A stretch of DNA of 63,458 nucleotides, filler included, from Octopus bimaculoides (lineage: Eukaryota): assembly GCF_001194135.2 (NCBI RefSeq). It is 8 parts of 7 records of this genome, joined end to end, with 100 filler letters (N's around TTAATTAATTAA, not from the genome) between each part and the next. Parts side by side here need not be neighbours in the genome. Positions count along the whole stretch, not along the records: positions 50,711 to 54,450 come from NC_068996.1; positions 54,551 to 56,842 come from NC_069007.1; positions 56,943 to 62,251 come from NC_068983.1; positions 62,352 to 63,458 come from NW_026313885.1; 4 more parts are not named here. One strand, given 5' to 3'. Position 1 is the first letter of the stretch. Every line of letters begins with the position of its first letter. Shown piece by piece: positions 52,186 through 63,458 of this stretch. The notes beneath the pieces were generated by a model. The model was not told the DNA's origin. It ran no database searches and saw only the letters and a list, made by a program, of their open reading frames with translations. A program made the translations under genes and the position numbers.

Positions 52186-52512
52186 CCAAAAATAAGGGAC
52201 AGAGAAAAAAAGGAAAAAAGGTTCCCATTACTAAGTGCGGGGGTGGGGGAAGTCAAGTTGTCAATGCCAGGTGTTGAAAGGTTAAAGTATGATAGAGAGA
52301 CAAGCACAGGTGCCTTGCTATAATGGGAGATACAAAGGCAGGATAGTCATGGTTGGAATGCCTTTGATCATTGGTCCATTTGATCTAGACATTGAACAAT
52401 GTATTCTGCAGTACATTATGTCTGAAAGTAAGATGCATGCTCGACATGGATTCGACTTATCTGGTCTGTCGCATCAATGAACCTTGAGGTTTAACAACAA
52501 CAGCAACAACTA

Positions 52513-52547
<35 letters not shown>

Positions 52548-52675
52548 ACTAGTATCAACAACAACAATATTGATTAGCCAATTAAATAGCCTCTTTGTGG
52601 ATGTTAAACCTTCTAGAGATAGCAGCAAAGATTCCTCAATAATGCCTCTACTATCTTAAAAATGGAAGGACATAT

Positions 52676-53063
52676 TGTTGTTGTTGGCACTCTGTTGCTT
52701 ACGATGTCGAGGGTTCCAGTTGATCTGATCAACGGAACAGCCTGCTCGTGAAATTAACGTGCAAGTGGTTGAGCACTCCACAGACACGTGTACTCTTAAC
52801 ATAGTTCTCGGGGAGATTCAGCGTGACACAGTGTAACAAGGCTGACCCTTTGAATTACAGGCACAACAGAAACAGGAAGTAAGGGTGAGAGAAAGTTGTG
52901 GTGGAAGAGTACAGCAGGGTTCGCCACCCTCCCCTGCCGGAGCCTCGTGGAGCTTTAGGTGTTTTCGCTCAATAAACGCTCACAACGCCTGGTCTGGGAA
53001 TCAAAACCGCGATCCTATGACCACGAGTCTGCTGCCCTAACCACTGGGCCATTGCGCCTCCAC
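52676..53063 (-). mobile_element. SINE family C, full length, CpG-decayed
   Basis: colinear with 9990-10361; head gtggaggcgcaatggcccagtggttagggcagc. Confidence 0.92.
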
Positions 53064-53272
53064 GGAAGGACATATTAGATAATATATATAGTCCTTCTAA
53101 ATAGAAATACAGAATGGTCATGATTGGATTGCTCTTGATCATGTATTTTTTTAGTCCAGTTAGATCTATATAATAATGACAGTATTGACAAAATGATGAC
53201 TTAGCTTCTACATGGTTATTCAGCTTGCTAAAAATAACTGTTAGAACTTCCTCAAATAACACCATGCCCTCT

Positions 53273-53848
53273 TAAACCTTTGGAATTTAAACCAGCAAAT
53301 CCATCTCAAATATTGTACCTGTTTTATGTTCAACCTGCTAAATTTTCTTAAAAATACTACCCTAACAATTTTAAAACATACCTGTAACCCTTTCAGATTA
53401 TTCTGTCAAATGTAATGCTTCTTTGTTCACATTCTTTGCAACTAATCATGCATTATCCCAAGTGTGAGATTTCAATGATGTGATTATTTATTTTTAGAAC
53501 GGCATTGTAGGGTAGATGTGAGAGGCCAGATCTGTCCAGTTTGAACATAAAACACGTAGAATTTTAGAGCTTGATATGACCAGTCCAAAGGCTAAAGAAT
53601 TAAGCTTTACTCTGTCAAATGACAGATTGCTCTGTCAAATGACATATTATTCTGTCAAATGTAATGTTTATTTATTCACATTGTTTTGAAATAATTATGC
53701 ATTATATCATAATTTCAGGATTTTGATGATGTTATTATTTATATTTCGAATTGCATTGTATGGTATGTATGAGAGGCTGGATCTGGCCAGTTTGAACATA
53801 AAACAGACATAATATTTGGGCTGGATATAGACAAACTAAAGGTTAAAT
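53273..53848. mobile_element. cluster of TTAA-flanked MITEs (piggyBac-like): one + fragment and two tandem - copies
   Basis: ttaa(a/c)cctt starts; ~210-bp unit attctgtcaaatgtaatg...ccagtttgaacataaaaca...ctaaag(g)ttaa repeated at 53385-53602 and 53650-53848. Confidence 0.7.
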
Positions 53849-54070
53849 GGTTAATATACACAGAATGACCCAATACTAAATATTATATATGAGAAAAGAA
53901 AAGAAGCCAGTCACAGGTACAAAGCTAGTCAAACATTATGTTTCTGCCTCAGAAATATTTTTCACAAGTGAAAACCATCAGAGAATCATCTGCACAAAGC
54001 AAGTTCTGAGGTACCTTTAAATGTTTTATGAAGTCTATAACATTCTGGTACATCATCATCATCATCATTG

Positions 54071-54105
<35 letters not shown>

Positions 54106-54109
54106 GTTG

Positions 54110-54290
54110 TTATTTGGTGTCTGTTGTCCATGCTGGCATGGGTTGGATGGTTTGACTAGGCTAGCACTCTGGAAGGCTGCACCAGACTCCAGTCTGATTT
54201 GGTATGGTTTTCTACAGCTGGATGCCCTTCCTTATGTCAACAACTCTGAGAGTGTAATGGGTGCTTTTACGTGCCACCGGCATGGGAGCT
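54110..54290 (-). mobile_element. family D copy
   Basis: ccatgctggcatgggttggatggtttgac...gctggatgcccttcct...gggtgcttttacgtgccaccggca, next to (CAT)n. Confidence 0.8.
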
Positions 54291-55089
54291 GCAGCAACAA
54301 GAACAAAAGGAACAATAAGAACAACAACAGCAACAACAACAACAACAATAGCGACAACCATCTCCAAACCACTTTATCACCACCACCACCACCACCACCT
54401 ACACTACAACCACTGCTGCCACCACCACCACCACCACCACCACCACCACCNNNNNNNNNNNNNNNNNNNNNNNNNNNNNNNNNNNNNNNNNNNNTTAATT
54501 AATTAANNNNNNNNNNNNNNNNNNNNNNNNNNNNNNNNNNNNNNNNNNNNTATATATATATATATATATACCTAAATCTAGTCTTTATTATATTTTGCTA
54601 ATCCATTTAAAAGAGGAACGAGGTACATCTTTGCTGTATAACGATTCTAAATGTAAGCCGTTATCTCTACGAAAAATCTAAACGAAAATGAGACACTCGA
54701 AGTCAGCACAACCTGTCAAAGTGTTACACATGCTATCAGGCATTTAAACCGAAACCGACCGTAAGAAACGATGGCAAATAATAACAATATGAAGATATGT
54801 CACAAGTCAAGTGAGCGCCATGATTAGTCTGCCATCTTGGTTTTTTTTATTTTTATTTCCGCAATCAATTTTCGCGTACGGATAAAGTTCTACCTTTTGC
54901 GTGACAACTACTCGCAGAACCGGGAATTCGATTAGAGTTTTCAGTATTGTGGCGAAAAAAATATTATACATACATACCTACATATATATGTATACAGCGC
55001 TGAAGCTATTTATCTACATTTCTATCTATGTATGCATCTATCCATTAAGTTTCTAACTATTTATCTAGCTAGCTAGTAATTTCTTTCTT

Positions 55090-55145
<56 letters not shown>

Positions 55146-55577
55146 NNNNNNNNNNNNNNNNNNNNNNNNNNNNNNNNNNNNNNNNNNNNNNNNNNNNNNN
55201 NNNNNNNNNNNNNNNNNNNNNNNNNNNNNNNNNNNNNNNNNNNNNNNNNNNNNNNNNNNNNNNNNNNNNNNNNNNNNNNNNNNNNNNNNNNNNNNNNNNN
55301 NNNNNNNNNNNNNNNNNNNNNNNNNNNNNNNNNNNNNNNNNNNNNNNNNNNNNNNNNNNNNNNNNNNNNNNNNNNNNNNNNNNNNNNNNNNNNNNNNNNN
55401 NNNNNNNNNNNNNNNNNNNNNNNNNNNTATATACGGTTATAGATAGATAGATAGATAGAAAAATGGACGCATAGATAGGTAGATAGCCGTACATATATAG
55501 ACATACAGGAGTTAGACAAAATAACGAAAACACCTTTTGTAATTGACGTTTCTTGATTTAATCCGAAGTTGGCTCAC

Positions 55578-55664
55578 ATACGACTTCCACTTCGACTTTA
55601 ATACGTCGAGAAATTGACGAAAGTTGTCTCGTGGATATTCTACATTTTTGAATTCTAGGCCATT
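55578..55664 (-). CDS. candidate 87-nt exon NGLEFKNVEYPRDNFRQFLDVLKSKWKSY
   Basis: minus strand gtgttttctcctcttgaag|aatggc...tcgtat|gtgagc; phase 0 to 0; non-repetitive, protein-like composition. Confidence 0.35.
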
Positions 55665-56049
55665 CTTCAAGAGGAGAAAACACATTTTAGAGCCCACTCA
55701 GCATCGAGAGAAGCAGCTTTATATATATACTACTCCAAGCCCCACAACTTATGTCCTTTCGAAATCAGATAGCTCACACGTTATAAATTATATAAAAATA
55801 AATAGCAGTAAGCATGGGCTAAAATAGTAAAAAAATACTGGGAGCTATAACGTTTTTTTGGTGATACAACCCTGTTTCTGCAAACTAACTAAATCGTTAA
55901 CATGTCGGGCAAAATGCTTTGCATTGTTTTTTTCGGATTTTTATGTTCCGTGCAAAAACCCCATCGATGTTAACTTTATATTTTACCCCATTGCAGGTCT
56001 ATAAAGTGAAGCTGCATTTAAATCCTGTAAAAGGCCTCAAAAATTGTTG

Positions 56050-56320
56050 GCCTTGAGCACTGCAATGGACTGCCGTCACTTTCGGTCACTTCTTCACAAA
56101 GGAAATCAGGCATCCGAGCTTCTGCAGCTTAGGGTGGAGGAAAACGACTACAATATACAGGAAGATGCTGGAAATTTCCTGGCTTTAAGAGCATCGCAGA
56201 AGATCTGGTTGGCGGCTCAACCTTCGAAGCTCTTTTGCAAGACTTAGAAAAATTGACGGACCACTGCAATAAATGTGTAAATCTGAGAGGATTCTGAGGG
56301 AAATATGTTCAATAAAAACA
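56050..56320 (+). mobile_element. mariner transposase C-terminal remnant
   Basis: KLTDHCNKCVNLRG..KYVQ* resembles the mariner end KL..RW.KCV...G.YVE*. Confidence 0.45.
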
Positions 56321-56942
56321 TAACTGATTCTCCTTTATTTTCTTTTACCCAAAGCCAGGAACTTTTCATCACACCCACGTATTACGATGTACAAGGTATT
56401 CACAAAGCATACAGACGCTTATGTACATGCGCTCTCTACAGACTTGCGAAAATGTTATATAGTCAATAAAAAAATGAAATGTAGTTAAATAAGAAGTGAC
56501 ATTTCCATTATTTTGATCTACAACGTCTGTATCTTATGTATCCGTGTGTGTGCCTTCGTATATTGTTATGATAGAGAAATGCTTAGCAACTACCACTTGA
56601 ATATTTCTTTTATGCAAAGTGATTAGCAGAGTGCTAGCTTAATGACAGTAAAAAAAAAAAAAACCATATATCGGTTTTAGTATAAGAAAATAGTGATATA
56701 CTTAAGTATATACTTATGTACTACTGAAACGAAAAGTCACATGAAATTGAAATCAATATATACTTAAGTTTATTTCCAAGTGACTCTTCTTTAAAGCTCT
56801 ATGTACATAAGTACATGATATACACAAAACTATATATATATANNNNNNNNNNNNNNNNNNNNNNNNNNNNNNNNNNNNNNNNNNNNTTAATTAATTAANN
56901 NNNNNNNNNNNNNNNNNNNNNNNNNNNNNNNNNNNNNNNNNN

Positions 56943-56997
<55 letters not shown>

Positions 56998-57169
56998 CAA
57001 ATACATATATATATATATATATACAAATACATATATACATACAAATACATATATATATATACATACATATAAACATACAAAATTCATAAATGCATATATA
57101 CCGGTGTAAGCGCATACATGTGAAACAAGGTGGAAAAGAGTACTCAAATACTAAAGGTAGAGCAATATG

Positions 57170-57694
57170 CTTTATTTAAAAGCAGCAGAAATATAACAAA
57201 AGCTGTTACTCAGAGTTTTACGTTCCCGTTCATCCGAGCGTTTTGTTAAAATAGAACAGAGATAACGATATGAACAAAACTAGATGAAGGATACACCTTT
57301 AAAAATGGATTTGTTTCATTGGTACTTTCAATTGACGGTCTTAAGCATGCAATGAACAAAATAAATAAATTCAATATAAATTCATCCTATTATAAAAATC
57401 GAAGAGCGGATTCATATGTATTTTGAATCCTCTCTTCGATTTAAGGTTTTCTTCGATTTTTTACAATAGGATGAATTTATATTGAATTCATTTATTTTGA
57501 TTATTTTGTTCATTGCATGCTTAAGACCGTTACTTGAAAGGACCAATGAAACAAATCCATTTTAAAGGTGTATCCTTCATCTAGTTTTGATCATATCGTT
57601 ATTTCTGTTCTATTTTAACAAAACCGTCCGACGAACGGGAACGTGAAACTCTGAGTAACAGCTTTTGGTATATTTCTACTGCTTTTAAATAAAG
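57170..57694. repeat. 525-nt near-perfect foldback of PLE-type terminal repeat
   Basis: left arm 57170-57415 is the reverse complement of right arm 57424-57694 (roughly 90% identity by eye, small indels); central loop tatgtatt. Confidence 0.92.
57619..57667 (+). ncRNA. hammerhead ribozyme motif (minimal, U4C variant) in the right arm of the foldback
   Basis: caaaaccgt CCGACGA acg(ggaa)cgt GAAA c tctga g TA acagcttttg; mirror copy on minus at 57197-57245 has CGGATGA and AAAA (degenerate core). Confidence 0.6.
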
Positions 57695-57899
57695 TGCATG
57701 CACATATATATATATATATATATACATACATATTTATATGTATGCNNNNNNNNNNNNNNNNNNNNNNNNNNNNNNNNNNNNNNNNNNNNNNNNNNNNNNN
57801 NNNNNNNNNNNNNNNNNNNNNNNNNNNNNNNNNNNNNNNNNNNNNNNNNNNNNNNNNNNNNNNNNNNNNNNNNNNNNNNNNNNNNNNNNNNNNNNNNNN

Positions 57900-57958
<59 letters not shown>

Positions 57959-60052
57959 CATACATACATACATACATATACGTATATATATATATACATA
58001 TACTCACACACCAACACATCACTATCCAACCTAAATCACGCTCCTATACTTCAGCACTCACCTCTACACATGACAGTCACTAACCCCTTATGCATATCTC
58101 AAATCACGGATACATTCCTATACATGCGCTCTTCATCTGTTCTCCTTTCTAACTCACATAACCCCCCCCCCATAAAACTGCATTCCCAAATCTCATTACT
58201 CGTTTTTTTGTCCTTCTCAACCAGTCTTCTACATCCGTACTCCTACTTTAGTTTCCTTTTATACTATTATATTTAATTTTTCGGTGTTTGAACTTCAGCT
58301 TTACAAACTGGACGGGCAGCTGACTAGTTTTACAGCCAAGGTGGATTACAATGGCATTCACTGAACAATTTAGTTAGCAAAGTTTGAGCCCTAAGGAGTG
58401 CTTATAAAGTACTTGCCCGGATTTTTACTCCCATTTTCCCTTTTTATGCGTATATATATGATGGATTCTCTCGTCGTTAATGGCAAATGAAAATAAGCAG
58501 TAATCATGTTTTGTAGACGCGCATATGTCTCTTGAGGCTTGCTAGTGCCTTGCAAACCTTTTGGTAAATGGAACAAGTTGAGGACTTAGTTTCTCGAGGG
58601 TTTGTGGATCATTTACGACATATTTTCTTGAGTGGACTGTAAGACTAGCTATGCTCAATGCCACAAGACTACAGTGACTGTGTTGTTGCTGCCTTGCATT
58701 TGGAAGAATATTCCAGAAAATTCCGATTTAATCCATGACACTGCATGGTGTAATTTCGAAACTATTATCAAAAATTTAAGATTTTTTCAAAAGCTTCTAA
58801 AGCTAGAACAGTTGTTATATGTTATACAGATAAAATACTATTCAAGTATTATTGTTAAGTTTCTTACTTATCAAAATAGTAATGGTGTGTGCCATGTAGT
58901 GCGAAATAAATATATGGAACCAACAGAACCCGCTCATTTTACTTGTGTTACAAGGCCACATTTTATTAATTCCATCTCTGTCAATAATGACTTTACAGAA
59001 AAAGAAACCACAACTGTGTCAATGAATCCCGAATCACGAAAAAGAAAAGAATTTCCTTTGATTATCACAGGAGTTCATAAACTGAATTTACATATTTTTT
59101 ACCCTCCTCGGTAGAAAAACCATAGAAATATTTTTACGCTATACATGAAACAAAAAACAGCATAATATGATGGCATACACTATACTGCGCCGAAGCAAAT
59201 TATTAATGATATGTTTTCATATTTCTGCATTTCGAGCCGAAAGTTCGGTGTTGATTTGGCTTTCTTCTGTCTATAATCAATAAGTAATTAAGAGTAATTT
59301 GATCCAAATTAGTGTATCTTTTCCTGTAAGACATATATAAAACCTTATATTATGCAAAAGAAAAAATACAGAACCTATGTATACGTCGTAAGATTCCATG
59401 AAGTATTATTTCTTCACTCTATATTTCAGTATTAAATCAAATGGGTTCAACTTTGCTTTTCATTCTGTCAGTGTTGATAAAATACGAGCTGCAATTTTAT
59501 AAAATTCATTGGATAATAAATATTACAGTCAGTTAAATCATATTATAACCAAGATTTTAAGATCCTACGGCCATATGCATTTCTCAGAATAGAAAAGCGA
59601 ACACCATTCACTCCACAGTTCAGTATATTCAAATATTGCCATCATGCCCTAGTTTAGCTTTAACCACTCCAAACTTGATAAATGAAGTACCAGCAACATA
59701 TTTTTGTATGTTATCCAATCGATTGTATCCACTAATACCTCACAAACAGAAGTATTGCACATGTTTAAAAAGGAAATCAATAAATCGTTGGTTCTGTCCT
59801 TGTGATCTAACGTAAAATTATCCATCTTTCATCTAAGGCTTATTGAATATCCATTTATCCATTCGTTATTAAAATTTATTTCTATAGAGTTATATCAATA
59901 ACACCGGAATAAAAGGCTAAAAGGCACGAGGTTAATAACTGAATCCATTTTAATATATGAACTTATCTTGTGTTGGCTACTATTGGGTTTAAACCGTAGA
60001 AATTATTTTATTTTAATGCAAGCTATACATATATTATTTGCACACATGTATG

Positions 60053-60125
<73 letters not shown>

Positions 60126-60537
60126 AGAGAGAGAGAATACGAGTGGTTTAGTTCACTGGTGATCGAAATGAATAGGTACACAGAATAAGTGCTATAATTA
60201 GTCATCCGTTAGGTTCCAAGATCACAGCTGAGGTGGATCTAGGGATCCTTATTATACTTCCGTGTTAGTAGGTATATATTAAAAGAAAAAGTACAACAAA
60301 AACCAAGGCAGAACAAATATCGCAAGTCATTTATAATCATTTAGAGTGAGGTGAATTTGAAGTCTTACAACTGTTTCTGGGATATCCCAAATAATAGGCT
60401 ATCATGTGTGTACACTGAGTATACCGTCATCAGAGACAAGGTGAGTATGTATGAAAGTTCCAGACAGCGAAATTCGCAGTTTATAAGGAATAAAATAGAA
60501 GCATAAAGAATAAAAATAGATAGAATACAGACAGGAG

Positions 60538-60852
60538 AATTCACCTTTTTCCAGAGGGTATGGAGGTTGGTCCGTACATCCGTGAAGGTATAGGCCCTTT
60601 GGTATAACCCCAGGTAAATCCAGGTATAATCCAAAATAATCCCAGATAAATTCAGGCAGTATTATGGCAGCATTTTGAATGATGCGTTCATGTTGAAGTA
60701 ATGGATTGAGTAATGGACTAACTTACCCCATTACTTCAACATGAGCGCATCATTCAAAAGACTGCATGGATTTACGTGGGATTCTACCTAAGGGCCTACA
60801 GCTTCACGGCTGTGCAAACCAACCTTCATACCCTCTGTGAAAACATGAATCG
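60538..60852. repeat. nested foldback (MITE-like) with an inner 38-bp hairpin at 60667-60765
   Basis: outer arms cagagggtatggaggttgg...ggcccttt...ggtaaatcca versus tggatttac...aagggcc...cataccctctg (about 80%); inner gcagcattttgaatgatgcgttcatgttgaagtaatgg / ccattacttcaacatgagcgcatcattcaaaagactgc with a 23-nt loop. Confidence 0.85.
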
Positions 60853-62726
60853 TGAACTCTATTCTCTTGTCAATATTCTTCTATCTACATTTGCTTTGTG
60901 TTCTATTTTATTCCTTATTATTATTTAGTCAATAGATGCTCAGATATGCACGTGAACATACAACCACACAAACACACTCAGAAACACAAACACATATACA
61001 CACACACATGCACGCATTCACATACATACATACATACATACATACATACATACATGCACACACACATAGATGCATACATACATGCATACATACAAATATG
61101 CATATGTGCGTGTGCATGTATGAGGGTGTGCTTTCTCTTTAATTTAGAGTAAATTTTGATCGGCCACATTCGATTTGTAACAAGATGGTGAAGGAAAGCA
61201 ACTTTTTTTTTTCATCATCCCTTAAATTTCAAGGTCTCGCATTAGTATTCTTTTCCAAAGAATCCAAGTCCAGCCATAATTTGCTCCAGGTAGGTTGGTA
61301 CGCTTTCTGTTGCTCTAATGCTAGTAGGTATGAAACTGAAAGTGTATCTTGGCTGCAAGATATGCACATTCTTTATAAACGGCCCATATACGTTCAATTT
61401 CTCCTATATTTTTCTGATTTCTACTACAGGACATATCTTTTCTATGGTGCAACAGTATCCCGACAATTATGTTTTAACTTCACTGTTTCAAATTTTAGGG
61501 TCCGCCTGTAATATTTTGACCCTTCGTTTTCAATATGCGATCAAGTGCCAATCGAGGGTCTAGACAAATATAATAAATATATCTGGCCCTAATCCTTTAT
61601 TCTGTTTATTGTCTTTTCCCTCGTCCGTTCACTAACGGTCTAATCTCGAGCCCGTTTCGTTTTGTAATGGTTTGGTCCCATTCCAGGCAAGTTTCATGCC
61701 GGTGCCTCCAGAGAGGAAGCAATATTATTGATAATGGTCGAAATTGCGTTTGAACCTCTGGCCGATAACTGATGAGGAGTTGATGACATTCTGTGTTTTC
61801 TGTTCACCTGGGTATTTAGTATATGATTGTTTCTTTATTTATTTACTACACGTCTTTGTGAATTATATATATATATATAGGTTAAGTCATATTTTCCGTT
61901 TGTTGTCTTCTTTTCATTTAATTCTGAAAATATTATTTATGTAATGCACACAGACTTTAATTTTTTACTGATATATATATATATATATCTCGAAGCAAAC
62001 AACAGGTATCTTTCCATATCGAAGATAAATATTTGCTGAAACCGACACAAAACTCGGTACCTGTTGTTTAACGACGGTCCTGCATTATATCCGTTGAAAA
62101 AGAAAGTAAATAGTATATATACAACGCACATGAATGTGAGTGAACCAAAGCGAACAACCATCTTCGAAGGAATCCACGCACGTGGTGAGAGATTGTAAAG
62201 ATAGAAATCTGAACTAAGTTTTATTCTTTATTTCTAAGTTTTATTCAATATNNNNNNNNNNNNNNNNNNNNNNNNNNNNNNNNNNNNNNNNNNNNTTAAT
62301 TAATTAANNNNNNNNNNNNNNNNNNNNNNNNNNNNNNNNNNNNNNNNNNNNCTCAGCTTGATTATTCTGAACTGATCGATGATTTCGTGAAGCGAAAAGT
62401 GCACCATGTTTGTCTTTGAAAGTTGCCTGGATTATATATTCGTATCTGGAAGCTTTACCTATTGAAATTCGTAATAGACGCAAATAAATTTAACTTGTAC
62501 TTTTAAAGATGTTCTTTAGAATAACGTGAAGTATTGAATAATAGAATAAAGTAAAATATAGCTAGGAATAAAAGGTGCATAGATTATGAATTTTGATTGA
62601 AAGGATGGGGCCTTGAAACAAAACTTGCAGGGGGCCTCTAAAAGTCAAGAGACGAAGCTGCTAACGTTGATTTGATGGAGAGAGAGTGAGCTTAATGTAC
62701 GGCACGGACATTTGATTACTATAAAC

Positions 62727-63458
62727 CATGGGTCACTAGACTACGGCCATTTGTCCGGCTCGCCGTTGTATGCTGGAGAAAATAAATATGCTTTTATTCT
62801 GCTTCTTACACTTGTCGTATGTAAACTGAGTTAGTCATGTCGCGCGCTATGAATTTCACGCGCCATAATAGTTACTACAGTAGATCACGTGTGCCTCGGG
62901 CTAATCAGTTATTAGCGATTACAATCGAAATGAGAATATCTGACGCCGAGGCCTAAGACTGCTGTTGTTTTTTTCTTCGCCCATCGTTATGGCTACTAAG
63001 AAGAGAAAGGTTGATGATGAATGTCGCATTTTCAATAAAGAATGGAGAGAAAAGTACTTCTTTGTGGAAACAAACGACCAGAAAGCTAGCCGCCTGATAT
63101 GCAACGAAAGTGTTGCTGTTATGAAAGAGTACAATGTTCGTCGTCACTACGAAGCAAAACATCTCTCAACACATTCTAAATATTCTGGAAAGTTGCAGTC
63201 CGAGAAATTTGAATCTATGAAACGTAGTTTGGAATCTTAAAGGAATTTCTTTACGAAAAAGTTTGTTGAAAATAAATCTATCATTCATGTAAGTTTCAAA
63301 ATAGTGAATAAGTTGGCAGAGCGAGGAAAACCATTTACTGACGGAAACTTTCTAAAAGAGTGCATGATGGAAGCAGCAAATGACTTGTGTCCTGAAAAGG
63401 CTAGCATATTTGGCTGTATCAGCCTTTCAGCAAGTTCAGTTGTGCAGAGAATAGAAGA
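62727..63458 (+). mobile_element. hAT transposon (SPIN/Charlie, GTF2IRD2-like), 5' part; transposase from 62989 with a premature TAA at 63238
   Basis: MATKKRKVDDECRIFNKEWREKYFF...LIC...KEYNVRRHYEAKH...*RNFF...GKPFTDGNFLKECMM...LCPEK...ISLSASSVVQRIE; TIR-like catgggtcactagactacggcc preceded by ctataaac. Confidence 0.9.

Noticed and set aside
51851-52323. Poly-Met/Asp/Ser/Ile ORFs resembling biomineral or acidic proteins
   Set aside because: They are translations of a (CAT)n array in several frames, with no splice or codon evidence.

Overview
This is AT-rich, microsatellite-dense animal genomic DNA, very likely from a coleoid cephalopod (Octopus-like); the taxon is inferred from the SINE families and repeat style, not from a search. 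It is a draft-assembly region broken into 8 blocks by seven artificial 100-bp spacers (N44-TTAATTAATTAA-N44) plus many sized gaps, so adjacency across spacers is not guaranteed. No intact protein-coding gene is visible, and most entries in the ORF track are microsatellite or N-gap artefacts. Recognisable content is decayed mobile DNA: a maT/DD37D Tc1-mariner with both TIRs, a DD34D mariner, a SPIN/Charlie-like hAT transposase cut by the window end, a long Penelope-like (PLE) RT/GIY-YIG remnant, CR1-type LINE pieces, a same-strand stack of R4/Dong-type LINE fragments on (TAA)n tracts, five SINE-like families, and hAT, TTAA-type and Helentron-like MITEs. Features not explained by the ORF track are: (i) several hammerhead-ribozyme motifs, one with an intact catalytic core (8000-8049, minus) and two inside a 525-nt near-perfect foldback (57170-57694); (ii) a second nested foldback with a pre-miRNA-sized inner hairpin (60538-60852); (iii) a 15-nt microexon candidate with a neural-type TGC acceptor signature, plus short candidate exons of two convergent unidentified genes; (iv) block-wise CpG decay suggesting methylated and unmethylated domains. 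Repeat boundaries are by eye (about +/-10-20 nt unless a TIR or TSD is given). Family names come from motif recognition, not database matches.
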